From Felis catus (taxonomy: Eukaryota), in contig NC_058368.1 of assembly GCF_018350175.1 (NCBI RefSeq), positions 114,950,001 to 115,014,000 on the forward strand: DNA of 64,000 nucleotides, read 5' to 3'. The notes beneath the pieces were generated by a model, which was given only the letters and a program-made list of their open reading frames with translations, ran no database searches and was not told where the DNA came from. Numbering within the stretch: the first letter of the stretch is position 1; each line of letters begins with the position of its first letter. The position numbers and the translations under genes were made by a program. This document shows, in pieces, positions 1-12,890 of the stretch.

Positions 1-1009
1 TGAAAGTCTGTGGAATGTGATGTTTTCTTCTCTAAGTGAATGTCCTTATTCTTTCTGTTTATTTTGGGTTGAATCTGTGTTCACATCTGATGACTGCTAA
101 GTAAGTGCTTGACAGTCACTAAATAGCTTATTTATTTTAAAGTGGAATATGGATATTTAGAACCAAAATCAGTTCTGAGACTGCTGAGAACTGATTTTGT
201 TTGGTCAGTCTCTGAAAATGGCACCGGGACCTTTTCATAATGGCATGATTTGGAGACATAGTATAAGAAAGATACTTTCTTGCAGTGATTTATGCTAAAA
301 CATCTGGACAGTAAATTGTCTTACAAGTGTTATTTTCAGATGTGTTGAAATGATTGGCCTCCTGTTCTGGTTTTATTCCAGTTGCAGATTGTCTGACTTT
401 CGGTTTAGTAAAAAATTTGCATTTTGTAATTGTCTACCAAATAGAATGCAGTGTAGCATCTTATTTCAAGGCTTCCTTGCTAATTGTCCTTTAAATTTAA
501 TGTCAGAGCTTACTTGTCCTGAATTACTTCTTTCTACTTTGAGGCAGAATTATTGGTTTTGTAGATTTAAATACGAAACTCCTCTTCTAGGAATGAAAAG
601 ATTTATGTTTTGGCTTGCCTTTGTTTTGTGTCTGTATGAACATTGATTATTATTACTTGGTATAAAGAACTTTGAAATACTGTGTAAGAAAAGTTGTAAA
701 TATTTGACCAGTGATATCCAGTTATCATCTTTAAAGCTCATAATCATAAGTATACTTGTTGCCGGGAAGCAGAACTTACTTGTTTATCTTGCTGCTGCTT
801 TTTTTTTTTTTGATGATTATGTACTGTGAAAAATATATAAAACCATTATATGTGGGAAAATTGGTTTTTAAAAGTTGGTTGTTCATATAAATACCCTTAG
901 TGACTTCTCTTGTGATAAAGGATCCCCTTGCCCCTTGACTTTTTCGAAGTGACTATTAAAATTTCTTAATTGAGGAAATGGACTCAAAAGTGTTAGGAGA
1001 ACATTTGTT

Positions 1010-1245
1010 GGTCTTTCTCTCTTTCTCTTTCTCTTTTTCTTTCTTTCAAGTTTGTTTACGCAGATAGAGAGCACACATGTGTGGTCTGGTGAGAAGCAGA
1101 GAGGCGGGTAGAGAGAATCCGAAGCAGGCTCCATGCTGTCAGTGCAGAGCCTGACTTGGGGCTCGATCTCAGCAACTGTGAGATCGTGACCTGAGCCAAA
1201 ATCACGAGTCCAGATGCTTAACTGACTGAGCCACCCAGGTACCCC
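1010..1245 (-). mobile_element. Can-SINE
   Basis: tRNA-derived head (gagccacccaggtacccc on +), (AG)-rich body, T-rich tail. Confidence 0.9.
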
Positions 1246-1334
1246 TGGTTTTTCTTTTTTAAAGCAGTGTTAAATTTTATAGCATTCAGAAAAAAAAAAT
1301 CCAGTTTTAAACACTGGAAATTTCTAATCAGTGT

Positions 1335-1605
1335 TTTTTAATTTTTATTTTATTTTTAATGTTTTTATTTATTTTTGAGAGAGAGGGAGAGAGAGAGAGA
1401 GAGGGAGAGAGAGAGAGAGAGAGATTGAGAGATTGAGTGCAAGCAGGGGAGGGGCAGAGAGAGAGAGGGAGACACAGAATCTGAAGCAGGCTCCTGGCTC
1501 TGAGTGGTTAGCACAGAGCCCGATGTGGGGCTTGAACTTGTGAACTACAAGATCATGATCTGAGCCGGAGTTGCACGCTCAACCGACTGAGCCACCCAGG
1601 CACCC
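1335..1605 (-). mobile_element. Can-SINE (SINEC_Fc type)
   Basis: Typical head/(GA)n/tail; TSD tctaatca(g/t)tgttttttt. Confidence 0.93.
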
Positions 1606-2824
1606 TGTCTAATCATTGTTTTTTTTTAAAGCTGACTCTGTTGGCTAGCTCTTCTTTGCTATATCCACAGCTCTTTCATTTTCGCAAACTCTAGAAGCTA
1701 AAATCAAAATTTTTTTTCTCTTGACTAGGGTTTCCCAGCAAGTACAAAATTAGCTGTTACTTTAAAGCTACCCTGAATCTAGAATTACATTAATTTTAGG
1801 TTATAATGATGAATGTCAGTAACTGTATGGTTGTTTATTTATTTATTATTTGAGGCTTTGGTCAAGTGCTAGTTCTTTCAACTCTCAAGAGTTGACATGA
1901 TTTTAACATTTAAATATGAACATAGATTTATGGAGAATGGTAGATATAGGAGAACCCCTTATTAAATGACACAGTGTTGTGGATGTGTTTAAAAATATTC
2001 CAGCAACAAAATAATATCACAAATGAAACAGGAAAGCAGAAAGTTGATGGTGGTTAAAGCTTGGTGACATTGCATAAGGAATTTGATTTACTGTTGCTAA
2101 TTCTTTTGGACATGTTTGGAAAATCCCATAGTAAGTTTAAAAAAAAAAAAGGTATCTCATCATCATTATGGTTATTTGAGTAGTAGTCAGGATATTAGAT
2201 GTCTAAGGACATAGTTCTTGCCATCTTTACTGCCCTTCTGAGGGCATTTCTCTGTCTTGCAACCTCTGGGAGACCATCCAGCCCCCTTCTCCATACCCCA
2301 GTTCATAGGCTGGCCTGTGTTGTCTCTTAGGCCAATTAGATTCTCTTGAGGATTTGTAAGGGAAAATAATGAGAAAATGATACAATTAGTAAATGGGAAC
2401 TAAAGCAGGAAATTATGACATTAGTTAGAGTCATGAGGGGTCATGTAGAGTGAATTTGTGATTGAGCAGCAGCTATGAAATAGATGGGCAGCATAGAGGG
2501 TAAGAATGGGTCGGGTATTTGAGACTGGAGAAGGATGCAACCAGCTAAGAGGATCTGAGGCTGCCTGTATTGGTACTTGTAAGGCTACTTGCTGAGCTAT
2601 GCTTGGGTTCTTGTATACTTGTGTCCTTTATCACTAGATTTGGTCTTTTTTTCTCAAAAAGAAGCAAAACTAGTGTATTTATTGGATGATGCAGTTTTTT
2701 TGGCTAAATTCTTAGTAAGCACTTTTTTAGAAGGTAGAAAATGGTTATTGCTTAATCATTTAGGCATTCCATGATCTAGTTCCTCAAGCATTAGCTGAGC
2801 CATTGCCCTGAGTAATTTCTTTCC

Positions 2825-3255
2825 TTTTTTTTTTTTTTTTTAAAGTTTATTTAGTTGTTTTTGAGAAAGAGACCGAGAAAGAGTGAGCAGGAGAGGGCTA
2901 GAGAGAGAGGGAGATACAGAATCTGAAGCAGGCTCCAGGCTCTGAGCTATCAGCACAGTGCCTTACGTGGGGCTCAAACTCATGAACCGCAAGATCATGA
3001 CCTGAGCTGAAGTTGGACACTCAACCGACTGAGCCACCCAGGCTCAGAAACACCCAGGCTCAGAGCCACCAGGCTCTGAAAGTTGATTTATTTATTTTGA
3101 GAGAGATAGTGTGAGCGGGGGAGAGGCAGAGAGAGAGGGAGAGACTCCCAAGCAGGCTCCATGCTGTCAGCTATCAACGCGGAGCCCCACATGGGGACCC
3201 CACCAAGCTTGAGACCATGACCTGAGTCGAAGCCACTGAGCCACCCAAGTGCCCC
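2825..3255 (-). mobile_element. Two tandem Can-SINEs with rearranged junction
   Basis: Two SINE bodies; outer TSD ccctgagt(a/c)atttctt. Confidence 0.9.
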
Positions 3256-3616
3256 TTCCCTGAGTCATTTCTTAAAGCTCTATTATGTATAGTACGAAAC
3301 TTTTAGTTTGTTTTCAACTTGACTATTACATAGTTTAGTAGTAATGTTTACCTTGTTATTCACTAGACTTTGATTGAATAGAATTGAATAAATGGTCATA
3401 GTTAGGGCTTAATGGGGGGAGAATAATTTGTGTTCGTGAGATTTCCTAGTAATTGAGAAGATGCCTCAGTAGTTATTGGTGGCTTAAACGCTGTTTTGTT
3501 GTTCAAATGATTTTCGAGTCCTTGCTTTTGCTGTTGATTATGAAGGCATGGCCTATAGCTAGAGAAAGCCTTGCTTGAATATGAACATCCTGTCTACTGT
3601 TAACTATCTTGTTTTT

Positions 3617-3808
3617 CCTTTTTCCTTTTTTTTTTTGTGTGTGTGTGTGTGGGGAGAGGGGTGGGGGGACAGCGAAAGAGACAATCTTAAGCAGGTCCTA
3701 TCCCCAGCACAGAGCTTGATGTAGAGCTCCATCTCATGACTGTGAGGTCATCACCTGAGCCAAAATCAAGAGTCAGCCACTTAACTGACTCAGCCACTCA
3801 GGTGCCCC
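3617..3808 (-). mobile_element. Can-SINE (older)
   Basis: cttaactgactcagccactcaggtgcccc head; TSD-like tgtttttcctttt. Confidence 0.85.
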
Positions 3809-4859
3809 ATGTTTTTCCTTTTTTAGTATTCTTTCTTTGGGCAAAAACAAGAATGAAGAGATCTGGCACAGAAGAGATAATACTGATACAATGGAGTTTA
3901 AAAAAAAGTACAAATGAAATTCTTTTATTATTGTAAAGCACTGGAGCAAGTATGAAACTATATTAAATAGGATATACAGAGACAAAACGACAAGGTTGAC
4001 ATTGATTGGCATTGAGGAGTGGGTGAAGGGAGAAACAACAATAGATTTAGAATTAGATATAAATTAGTAGGCAGGGGATGGTAAACCTCTTGGCTTGGTG
4101 GGAATGAAGGCACATTAAAGAACTGTTTTATAAGCAAAGCTGGCTGGAAACAGTCCTCCTTCCCCCTGTTAGTGAGTGGCTCACTGACATTATCAGAGGT
4201 CTTGGGAAATATTTGCCTTTTCCCCTTTAATTTGATCCTGTGTATAAAGTTCCTGCTCAGACTCTAGATTAGGGACTTGTGGAGAGAGGTGTTTTGATCA
4301 TATTGTTATTTTCATATTATAATATCTTCATTTGGCAGCTTTTTTTGTAGGGTGGATTTAGTCTTTGATATGTTTCCTCAGGCCCAAGAAAATTATCTGC
4401 TAAAGTAGAAAGGAAACTATTCCATTTAGCCTCTAGACAGTGACACATTAAGGACTAATGACTGCCAAAAGGAAATGTCAAACACTAAGCTAGTCTACTT
4501 TCTTTGGCAGCTGAGAATCCGGTGAATCAACAGTTTTAGGGGGTGTATATTTGATGTGGGTGGAAGAAGAGAGTGTCTAACATTCTTTAAGGCCCTGTTA
4601 AGTTCGGCACTCTTGGACTTGGTGCCAGGTTCTACTTTTGTAAACTCAAGGAAGAAAGGCACATGCCATAGAATACTTTTCATGTAGGTAATACTAGATA
4701 GAAACATTGTGAAATTTGTTTATGGGCTTTGTTTTTATGTATTTTTACTTAATTGTTGATAGCTGGCTTAAATGTGTTGCATTTGTATGCAGGAGCATAC
4801 TTTAGAGTTTCGATAGCTTTTTGTACCCTTTACCCCAAATAGTAGTTATCTGAAGAGTC

Positions 4860-5048
4860 TTTTTTAAATTTTTATAAATTTTTTATTTTTGAAATGTGTG
4901 TTTAGGTTTAAGAGAGAGAGAATCCAAAGCAGGCTCCAGGCTCTGAGCTGTCAGCACAGAGCCCAATGTGGGGCTCGAACCCACAAACCGCAAGACCATG
5001 ACCTGAGCCAAAGTCAGATGCTCAACCGACTGAGCCACTCAGGCGTTC
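4860..5048 (-). mobile_element. Can-SINE, internally deleted
   Basis: SINE head; (AG)n portion shortened; TSD tctgaagagtcttt. Confidence 0.9.
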
Positions 5049-5334
5049 CTCTGAAGAGTCTTTTGAAAGAGAATGGATTGTGATTCTGGAGGTTTAAGGA
5101 GCAAATTTAGACTGAATACTAAAAATTACTTTTAAGGGAAGGACAACACATTTATAACTTTAAACTTAAAATCAAGTGTGGTCACCATGTCCTGGATATT
5201 GAAAATTTAGTCCTTAAAAATTCACATGCAAGAATGTGGGTAGAGTGATAGCTAAAGGATACAAGTGATGAAAATGTTCTAATGGTAATGGTTGCACATA
5301 TCAGTATACTAAAAAACATGGAATTGTACACTTA

Positions 5335-5733
5335 AAAATTTTTTTTAATGTTTATTTCTGAGAGAGAGAGAGAAAGAGAGAGTGAGAGTGCACACAAGCA
5401 GGGGTGGGGCAGAGAGAGGAGACAGGATCTAAAGCCGGCTCTGTGCTGACAGCAGACAGCCCCATGTGGGGCTCGAACTAACCGACTGAGCCACCCAGGT
5501 GCCCCTGGAATTGTACTTTTTTTTTTAATGTTTATTTTTTTATTTTTGAGAGAGAGAGAGAGAGAGAGCAAGCAGGGCAGGGGCAGAGAGAAAGGGAGAC
5601 ACAGAATCCAAAGCAGGCTCCAGGCTCCGAGCCGTGAGCACAGGGCCCGACGTGGGGCTTGAACCCACAAATTATGAGATCATGACCTGAGCCAAAGTCC
5701 GATGCTCAACCAGCTGAGCCACCCAGGTGACCC
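5335..5733 (-). mobile_element. Two tandem Can-SINEs inserted in an old L1 3' end
   Basis: Two bodies (5335-5505, 5517-5733); tggaattgtac occurs three times as shared TSD. Confidence 0.92.
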
Positions 5734-6064
5734 TGGAATTGTACATTTTAATTGAGTGATTTATATATTAATTATATCTTAATATACATTCTAATCAGTA
5801 TGCATCGTAAAGCTATTTAAAAACATTCACATCTTTTTTCATACATGTCTATATGCGTTTATACACATATATCTGTGCTAATGATGTGATGAGTGTTTTA
5901 AATTATATTTCTTATAGGAGATAGGAGCCAAGGCAATTGTTGTATCCTATTTGAAGTAAAGAATGTTTTTCCCAGTTTGAAATGGGGTCCATGTTTGCTA
6001 TTGCCCTCAGAATGATACTGGTTACATTAAAAGCCTACATTGTTCTCAAAGTCGGTCTCTTTAA

Positions 6065-6280
6065 ATTTTTTTTTTTTTCCAACGTTTATTTATTTTTGGG
6101 ACAGAGAGACAGAGCATGAACGGGGGAGGGGCAGAGAGAGAGGGAGACACAGAATCGGAAACAGGCTCCAGGCTCTGAGCCACCAGCCCAGAGCCTGACG
6201 CGGGGCTCGAACTCACGGACCGCGAGATCGTGACCTGGCTGAAGTCTGACGCTTAACCGACTGCGCCACCCAGGCGCCCC
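6065..6280 (-). mobile_element. Young SINEC_Fc
   Basis: CpG-rich near-consensus copy; TSD aaagtcgg(t/c)ctctttaa. Confidence 0.95.
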
Positions 6281-6658
6281 AAAGTCGGCCTCTTTAATCT
6301 GGCTTTGTATTGAACAGACTAATGGCCTCCAGTTTTGTGTGGCTATTTCATTTAAATTATGAATATGTTGAGTTAAAGGTTTTTGAACCAAAAGTAGTTT
6401 AAAAACTCAGAAATCAGATTGAACGTGTATCATTTCAATTCTTCATTTTTATTTTATCTCTGTGAAAAGCGATACATCTGTGCAATGTGCATCTTGTTGG
6501 TCCTTAAATCATCACATTTTAAAGATTTTGGATTTTTCTCTTGACAGTTTTGCATATAATCACCTAGAATTTGATTATACAACTCTAAGTACTATGAAAA
6601 TGAATCAGCCTTTTTTATTAATGACATAATCTTTTGAGATTTAAAAAGAATTTTTTTA

Positions 6659-6880
6659 GGGGCGCCTGGATGGCGCAGTTGGTTAAGCGTCCGACTTCAG
6701 CCAGGTCATGATCTCGCGGTCCGTGAGTTTGAGCCCCACGTCCGGCTCTGGGCTGATGCTCAGAGCCTGGAGCCTGTTTCCGATTCTGTGTCTCCCTCTC
6801 TCTCTGCCCCTCCCCCGTTCATGCTCTGTCTCTCTCTGTCACAAAAATAAATAAACGTTGAAAAAAAAATTAAAAAAAAA
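6659..6880 (+). mobile_element. SINEC_Fc
   Basis: ggggcgcctgga...tctctctgtc, A-rich tail. Confidence 0.95.
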
Positions 6881-7096
6881 TTTTTTTTTAATGTTTATTT
6901 TTGAGAGAGAGAATGAGAGAGTGTGTATGAGCAAGCACAAGATGGGGAGAGAGAGAGGGAGACACAGAATCTGAAGCAGGCTCAGGCTCTGAGCTGTCAG
7001 CACAGAACCCGACGCAGGGCTTCAACTCACAAACTGTGAGATCATGATCTGAGACAAAGTCTGATGCTTAAACTGACTGAGCCACCCAGGCACCCC
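6881..7096 (-). mobile_element. Can-SINE, tail-to-tail with previous copy
   Basis: T-tail, (GA)n, gagccacccaggcacccc. Confidence 0.93.
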
Positions 7097-7522
7097 TTTT
7101 TAGATTTTTTTGTGTGATCAGAGGAATACAATGGATTTGGGGAAGGATTTTGGTTGAAACAATGGTGCTCATAAATATATAGTAGTATCTCATAGCTATA
7201 GTCTAGAATCACAGGAATTTGAAGGAATAGCAAAAAAGTTGTAGCAGAGGTTGTCAGTGAAGTGGCCTGTTTGAACCAATATTCATTAATTTGTTTATCT
7301 ATAATAGATGTTTGTTCTTACTGCTTTTTGGGGTAGTGCTTGTAGCTGAACAGGATGTGTTTTCAGTTTACTTGATGCAGACTTTTCCTGACTTTTGTGG
7401 TGTACCTACCAAACCTGTAGGTGCTTATCCTATAGGGTTGCTGCTTCCCAGTATAGGCCAAAATTAGCAGACTCCTTACGGGTTTCAGTGATCCTAAGGC
7501 TTAATCACACAAGTTTGCCGAG

Positions 7523-7727
7523 GTTTTTTTTTTTTTTTTTTTTTTTTTTAGTGTTTGTTTATTTTGAGAGAAAGAGTATGCATGCAAGAATGGGGGAGGG
7601 GCAAAGGGGGAGAAGGAGAGAGAATCCCAAGCAGGCTATGCACTATCAGCGCATAGAACCGTGAGATCATGTCCTGGGCCGAAATCAAGAGTTGGATGCT
7701 TAACCAACTGAACTACCCATGTGCCCC
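7523..7727 (-). mobile_element. Can-SINE
   Basis: T tail, degenerate head; TSD aagtttg..gag.ttttt. Confidence 0.88.
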
Positions 7728-8139
7728 ATAAGTTTGTTGAGTTTTTTCATAGAAATTGCCAGCAGCAATTTTACAAGCAGAAAGTAGGTCTTACTTCACT
7801 CTGTGTACATAGTACAAAATTATAGCAACTAACAAGAGGTCAAATTAACCATAATGAACTCTTTCCAGGGTTTTTCCATTCATGTTAATTTGCTGTGTAC
7901 TTCATTTCTTTTATCTACTGGTGCTTGCTACCAGACCAGGCTGTAACAAGCAACAAAAACAAATTAATATGATGGAAAGAATTTAATTCTTCTTAAGCAT
8001 TTTCTGCAACTAGGGAAAAAACTGAAGACATTTACTTTTTAGCTGTCATAATTTCTTAATTAAAATGTTGAAAAAAAAACAAATATGACCCCCTTTCCTC
8101 AATTTTCACTATTGCTTTATTTGAGGATGTTTGCATTGT

Positions 8140-8355
8140 CCTCCTTGCTTCCTTCTTTTCCTTATTCTCCTCTCCTCTCCCCTCCCCTTTTCTCCCCTTC
8201 TCATTTTTCCTTTCCTTTTTTCTTTCCTTCCCTCCCTCCCTTCCTTCTGTCCTTCCTTTTATTTAAGTAATGTCTATACCCAACCTGGGCTTGAACTCAC
8301 AAGCCCTAGATCAAGAGTTACACGCTCCTCTTACTGAGCCAGCCAGGTGTCCCCC
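8140..8355 (-). mobile_element. Older short Can-SINE with CT-rich low-complexity flank
   Basis: gggcttgaactcac...actgagccagccaggtgtcccc preceded by polypyrimidine tract. Confidence 0.75.
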
Positions 8356-9066
8356 CTTTCTTTCTTTCTTAGTAAATTCTCAAAGCAAAACCTGATGGTG
8401 GAATTTCAGGCACTGAAATGAAAAAAAAAAAATGTAAGTAGCCAAATTACAACAACAACAAAAAAAAGTTAAGAAGCACAAAAGCAGTAAAAGTAAGTAT
8501 ATCTGTAAAAATCAGTCATGGGACTCACAGAATAAAAGAATATAAAGTATGACACCATATATCTGGGCAGGAGAGGAGTAAAGAATTATTTCAAACTTAA
8601 GAGACCATCAACTTAAGATAGACTGGTGTATGCATAAGATGTTACAGACAAACCTAAGGTAACTAAAAATCAAAAACTGGTAATATATATGCAAAAATTA
8701 AAGAGAAAGGAATCCAAGTATATCACTAAAGAAAGCCAGCAAAATGAGGGAAGAGAGAAAGAGAAGAAAGGATTAGAGAAGTCTCCAAAAACAACCACAT
8801 AACAAGTAGCAAATTGGCAATAAAGAAATAAACTTATCAGTAATTGCTGTGAATGTAAATGGATTAAGCACTCCAATCAAAAGACATAGTGTGACAGAAT
8901 GGATAAAATACAAAAATAAGACCCATCTGAATGCTCCCTGTAAGAGACTTACTTCACACCTTAAGACACATGCAGATTGAAAGTGAGGGGATGGAGAAAC
9001 ATTTATCATACAAATGGGTGTTAAAAGAAAGGCGGGGTAACAATACTTATACTGGTCAAAATAGAC

Positions 9067-9265
9067 TTTTTTTTTTAAGTTTTTATTTATTTTGAGAGAG
9101 AGAGAAAGCACAAGCAGGGGAGGGACAGAGAGGAGAGAGTGAGAATCATGAGCAGGCTCTGCACTGTTAGTGTGGAGCGTGACGTGGGGTTCCAACTCAC
9201 AGACTGTGATATCATGACCTGAGCCAGAGTTGGATGCTTAATCGACCAAGCCACCTAGGTGCCCC
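9067..9265 (-). mobile_element. Can-SINE inserted in L1 ORF2
   Basis: TSD tggtcaaaatag on both sides. Confidence 0.92.
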
Positions 9266-11828
9266 TGGTCAAAATAGGCTTTAAGACAAGAAATGGATAA
9301 AAGACAATGATAGTACATAATAATAAAGGGGAGAATCCAACAAGAAGATAAAGCAATTATAAATATTTATGCACCCAACTTGGGAGCACCCAAATACATA
9401 AAAGAGTTAAGAACAAAAATTATGGAACTAATTGATAGTAATAAAATAATAGTAGGGAACTTTAACACCCCACTTCCATCACTGAACGGATTATCAAAAC
9501 AGAAAAATAAGGAAACAGTGACGTTGAGTGATACACTAGACCAGATCAGTTTAACAGATATATTTAAAACATTCCATCCTAAAACAGCAAAATATACATA
9601 TTTTCAAGTGCACATATTCTTCAGAATAGATCACATATTAGGCCACAAAACAAATCTCAACAAATTAAAAAAGATCCAAGTCATATCACGCATCTTTTCT
9701 GACTACAATGCTATGAAACTGGAAATCAACCACATGAAAAAAAACTGGCGAGAAAGGACAAATATATGTGGAGGTTAAATAACATGCTACTATGCAATGA
9801 ATGGGTCAACCAAAAAATCAAAGAAGTCAGAAAAATACATAGAGAAAAAAGGAAACGAAAACAACAGTGGTACAGAATCTTTGAGTCACAGCAAAAACAG
9901 TTCTTAGAGGGAAGTTTATAGCAATACAGGCCTACCTCAAGAAGCAAGAGAGATTTGAAATAAACAAGCTAACCTTACACCTAAAGGAGCCAGAAGAAGA
10001 AAAAACCCAAAACCAGCCGAAGGAAGGAAATAATAAAGATTATTATTAGCAGAAATAAAGGATAGAGAAACCCCCCCCAAAAAGCCAATAAAACAGATCA
10101 GTGAAACCAGGAGCTGGTTCTTTGAAAAAATCAACAAAATTGATAAACCTGTTGCCAGACTCATCAAAAAATAAAGCAAAAAAGAGAGGAGTCAACATCA
10201 CAAATGAAAGAGTAAATATAGCATTTGACACCACAGAAATACAAAAGAGTATGAGAGTATTATGAAAAATTCTATGCTAACAAATTGGACAACCTAAAAG
10301 AAATGGATAAATTCCTAGAAACATATAAGCTTCTAAAACTGAATCAAGAAGAAATAGGAAATTTGAACAGACTGATTACCAGCAATGAAATTCAATCAGT
10401 AATAAAAAACTCCCAACAAACAAAAAGTCCAGTGTCACATGGCTTCATAGGTAAATTCTACCAAACATTTAAGGAAGAGTTCATACCCATTCTACTCAAA
10501 CTTTTCAGAAAAAGAAGAGGACAAAAAACTTCCAAATTCATTCTATGAGGTTGGTATCACCTGGTAACCAAAACCAGGTAAAAACAGAAGAACTATAGGC
10601 CAGTATCTCTCATCAATACAGATGCAAAAATGCTCAACCAAATCTTAGCAAACTGAATCCAGCAATACATTAGAAAGTCATACACCACCATCAAGTGGAA
10701 TTTATTTCCAGGATGCAAAAGTGGAATAGTATTTGCAAAACAGCATGGTATGTCACATCAGTAAAAGAAAGGATAAAAACCATATGACCATTTCAATAGA
10801 TGCAAGAAAAACATTCAACAAAGTACAACATCCATTCATGATAAAAACTCTCTGCAAAGTAGGTCTACAGGGAACATAACATAAAAGCCTTATGAAAACC
10901 CACAGCCAACACCATACTCAATGGTGAAAAACTGTGAGCTTTTCCCGTACGGTCAGGGAAAACACAAGGATGTCCATTCTCACCACTTTTATTCAACATA
11001 GTACTGGAAGTCCTAACCACAGCATCAGATAGCCAAAAGAAATAAAAGGCACCCAAATTGGGAAGAAGGAAGTAAAACTATTACTGTTTGCAGATGACAT
11101 GACACTAAATGTAGAAAATCCTAGACTACACCAGAAAACTACTAGAACTGATAAATGAATTCAGTAAAGTTGCAGGATACAAAATCAGTATAATAGCTGA
11201 GAAAGAGAAATTAAGAAAACGATCCTGTTTACAGTTGCACAAAAAATAATAAAATACCCAGGAGTAAACTTAACCAAAGAGATAAAAGACCTGTACTCTG
11301 AAAACTATAGAACTTTGATGAAAGAAATTGAAGATGACACAAAGAAAGGGAAAGACGTTCCATGCTCAAGGATTGGAAGAACAAATATTGTTAAAATGCC
11401 TATATTACCCAAAGCAATCTACATATCTCCATCAAGATACCAACAGCATTTTTCACAGAACTAGAACAAATAATTCTAAAATTTGTTTAGAACCACAAAA
11501 GACCCCATGTAGCCAAAGCAGCCTTCAAAAAGAAAAGCAAAGCTGGAGGTATCACAATTCCGGACTTCAGGTTATATTACAAATCTGTAATAATCAAAAT
11601 AGTATGGTATGGGCACAAAAATAGGCAACATTGATCAATGAAACAGAATAGAAAGGCCAGAAGTAAACCCACAATTATATGGTCAATTAATCTTTGACAG
11701 AGGAGGCAAGAATATCCAATGAGAAAAAGTCTCTTCAACAAATGGTGCTGGGAAAACTGGACAGCTACATGCAAAAAGAATGAAACATGACTACTTTCTT
11801 GTATCACACACAAAAATAAACTTAAAAT

Positions 11829-11994
11829 GGGGCACCTGGGTTGCTTAGTTGGTTAAGTGTCTGACTTCAGCTCAGGTCATGATCTCATCATGGTCCATGG
11901 GTTCAAGCCCTGCATTGGACTCTGTGCTGACAGCTCAGAGCCTGGAGCTTGCTTCAGATTCTTTATCTCCCTCTTTCTGCCCCTCCCCCACTTG

Positions 11995-12056
<62 letters not shown>

Positions 12057-12099
12057 CTCTCTGTCCCTCCCCCCCCAAATAAACATAGAAAAAAAAAAA
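11829..12099 (+). mobile_element. Can-SINE with expanded (CT)n, inserted in L1
   Basis: ggggcacctggg head; long (CT) run ~11997-12052; A tail. Confidence 0.93.
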
Positions 12100-12681
12100 C
12101 CCTCAAAATGCATTAAGGATCTAAATTTGAGACCTGAAACCATCAATATCCCAGGAGAGAGGACAGACAGTAATTTCTCTGTCTGTAGCAACATCTTCCT
12201 AGATCTGTCTCCTGAAGCAAGGGAAACAAAAGCCAAAATACTATTGGGACTAACCTCAAATTAAAAAGCTTCTGCACAGCAAAGGAAACCACCAGCAAAA
12301 CTAAAGGACAGCTTTATGTAAAATATTTGCAAATGACGTATCTGCTAAACAGTTAGTATCCAAAATACATAAAAAACTTAGACAACACACCAAAAAATGA
12401 TTAATCCAATTTAAAAAATGGGCAGAAGACACCAAATAGACATTTCTCCAAAGAAGACAATACAGATGACCAAGAGACACATGAAAAGATGCTCAACATT
12501 ACTCATCAGGGAAATGCAAATCAAAACCACAATGAGATAGTGCCTCACACCTGTCAGAATGGCTAAGCTTAACAACACAAGAAACAACAGGTGTTGGTGA
12601 GGATGTGGAGAAGAAGAAACTCTTGGTGCCCTGTTGGTGGGAATGCAAACTGGTGCAGTCACTGTAGAAGACAGTATGGAA

Positions 12682-12890
12682 GGGGCGCCTGGGTGGCTTG
12701 GTCGGTTAAGCATCCGACTTCGGCTCAGGTCATGATCTCACGGTCCGTGAGTTCGAGCCCCGCGTCGGGCTCTGTGCTGACAGCCTGGAGCCTGTTTCGG
12801 ATTCTGTGTCTCCCTCTCTCTCTGCCCCTCCCCTGTTCATGCTCTGTCTCTCTCTGTCTCAAAAATAAATAAATGTTAAAAAAAAAAAAA
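12682..12890 (+). mobile_element. Young SINEC_Fc inserted in L1
   Basis: Perfect 15-bp TSD aagacagtatggaag. Confidence 0.95.

Noticed and set aside
6659..6740. tRNA-like A/B-box sequences at SINE heads
   Set aside because: These are Can-SINE tRNA-derived heads followed by CT-rich body, A-tail and TSDs, not tRNA genes.
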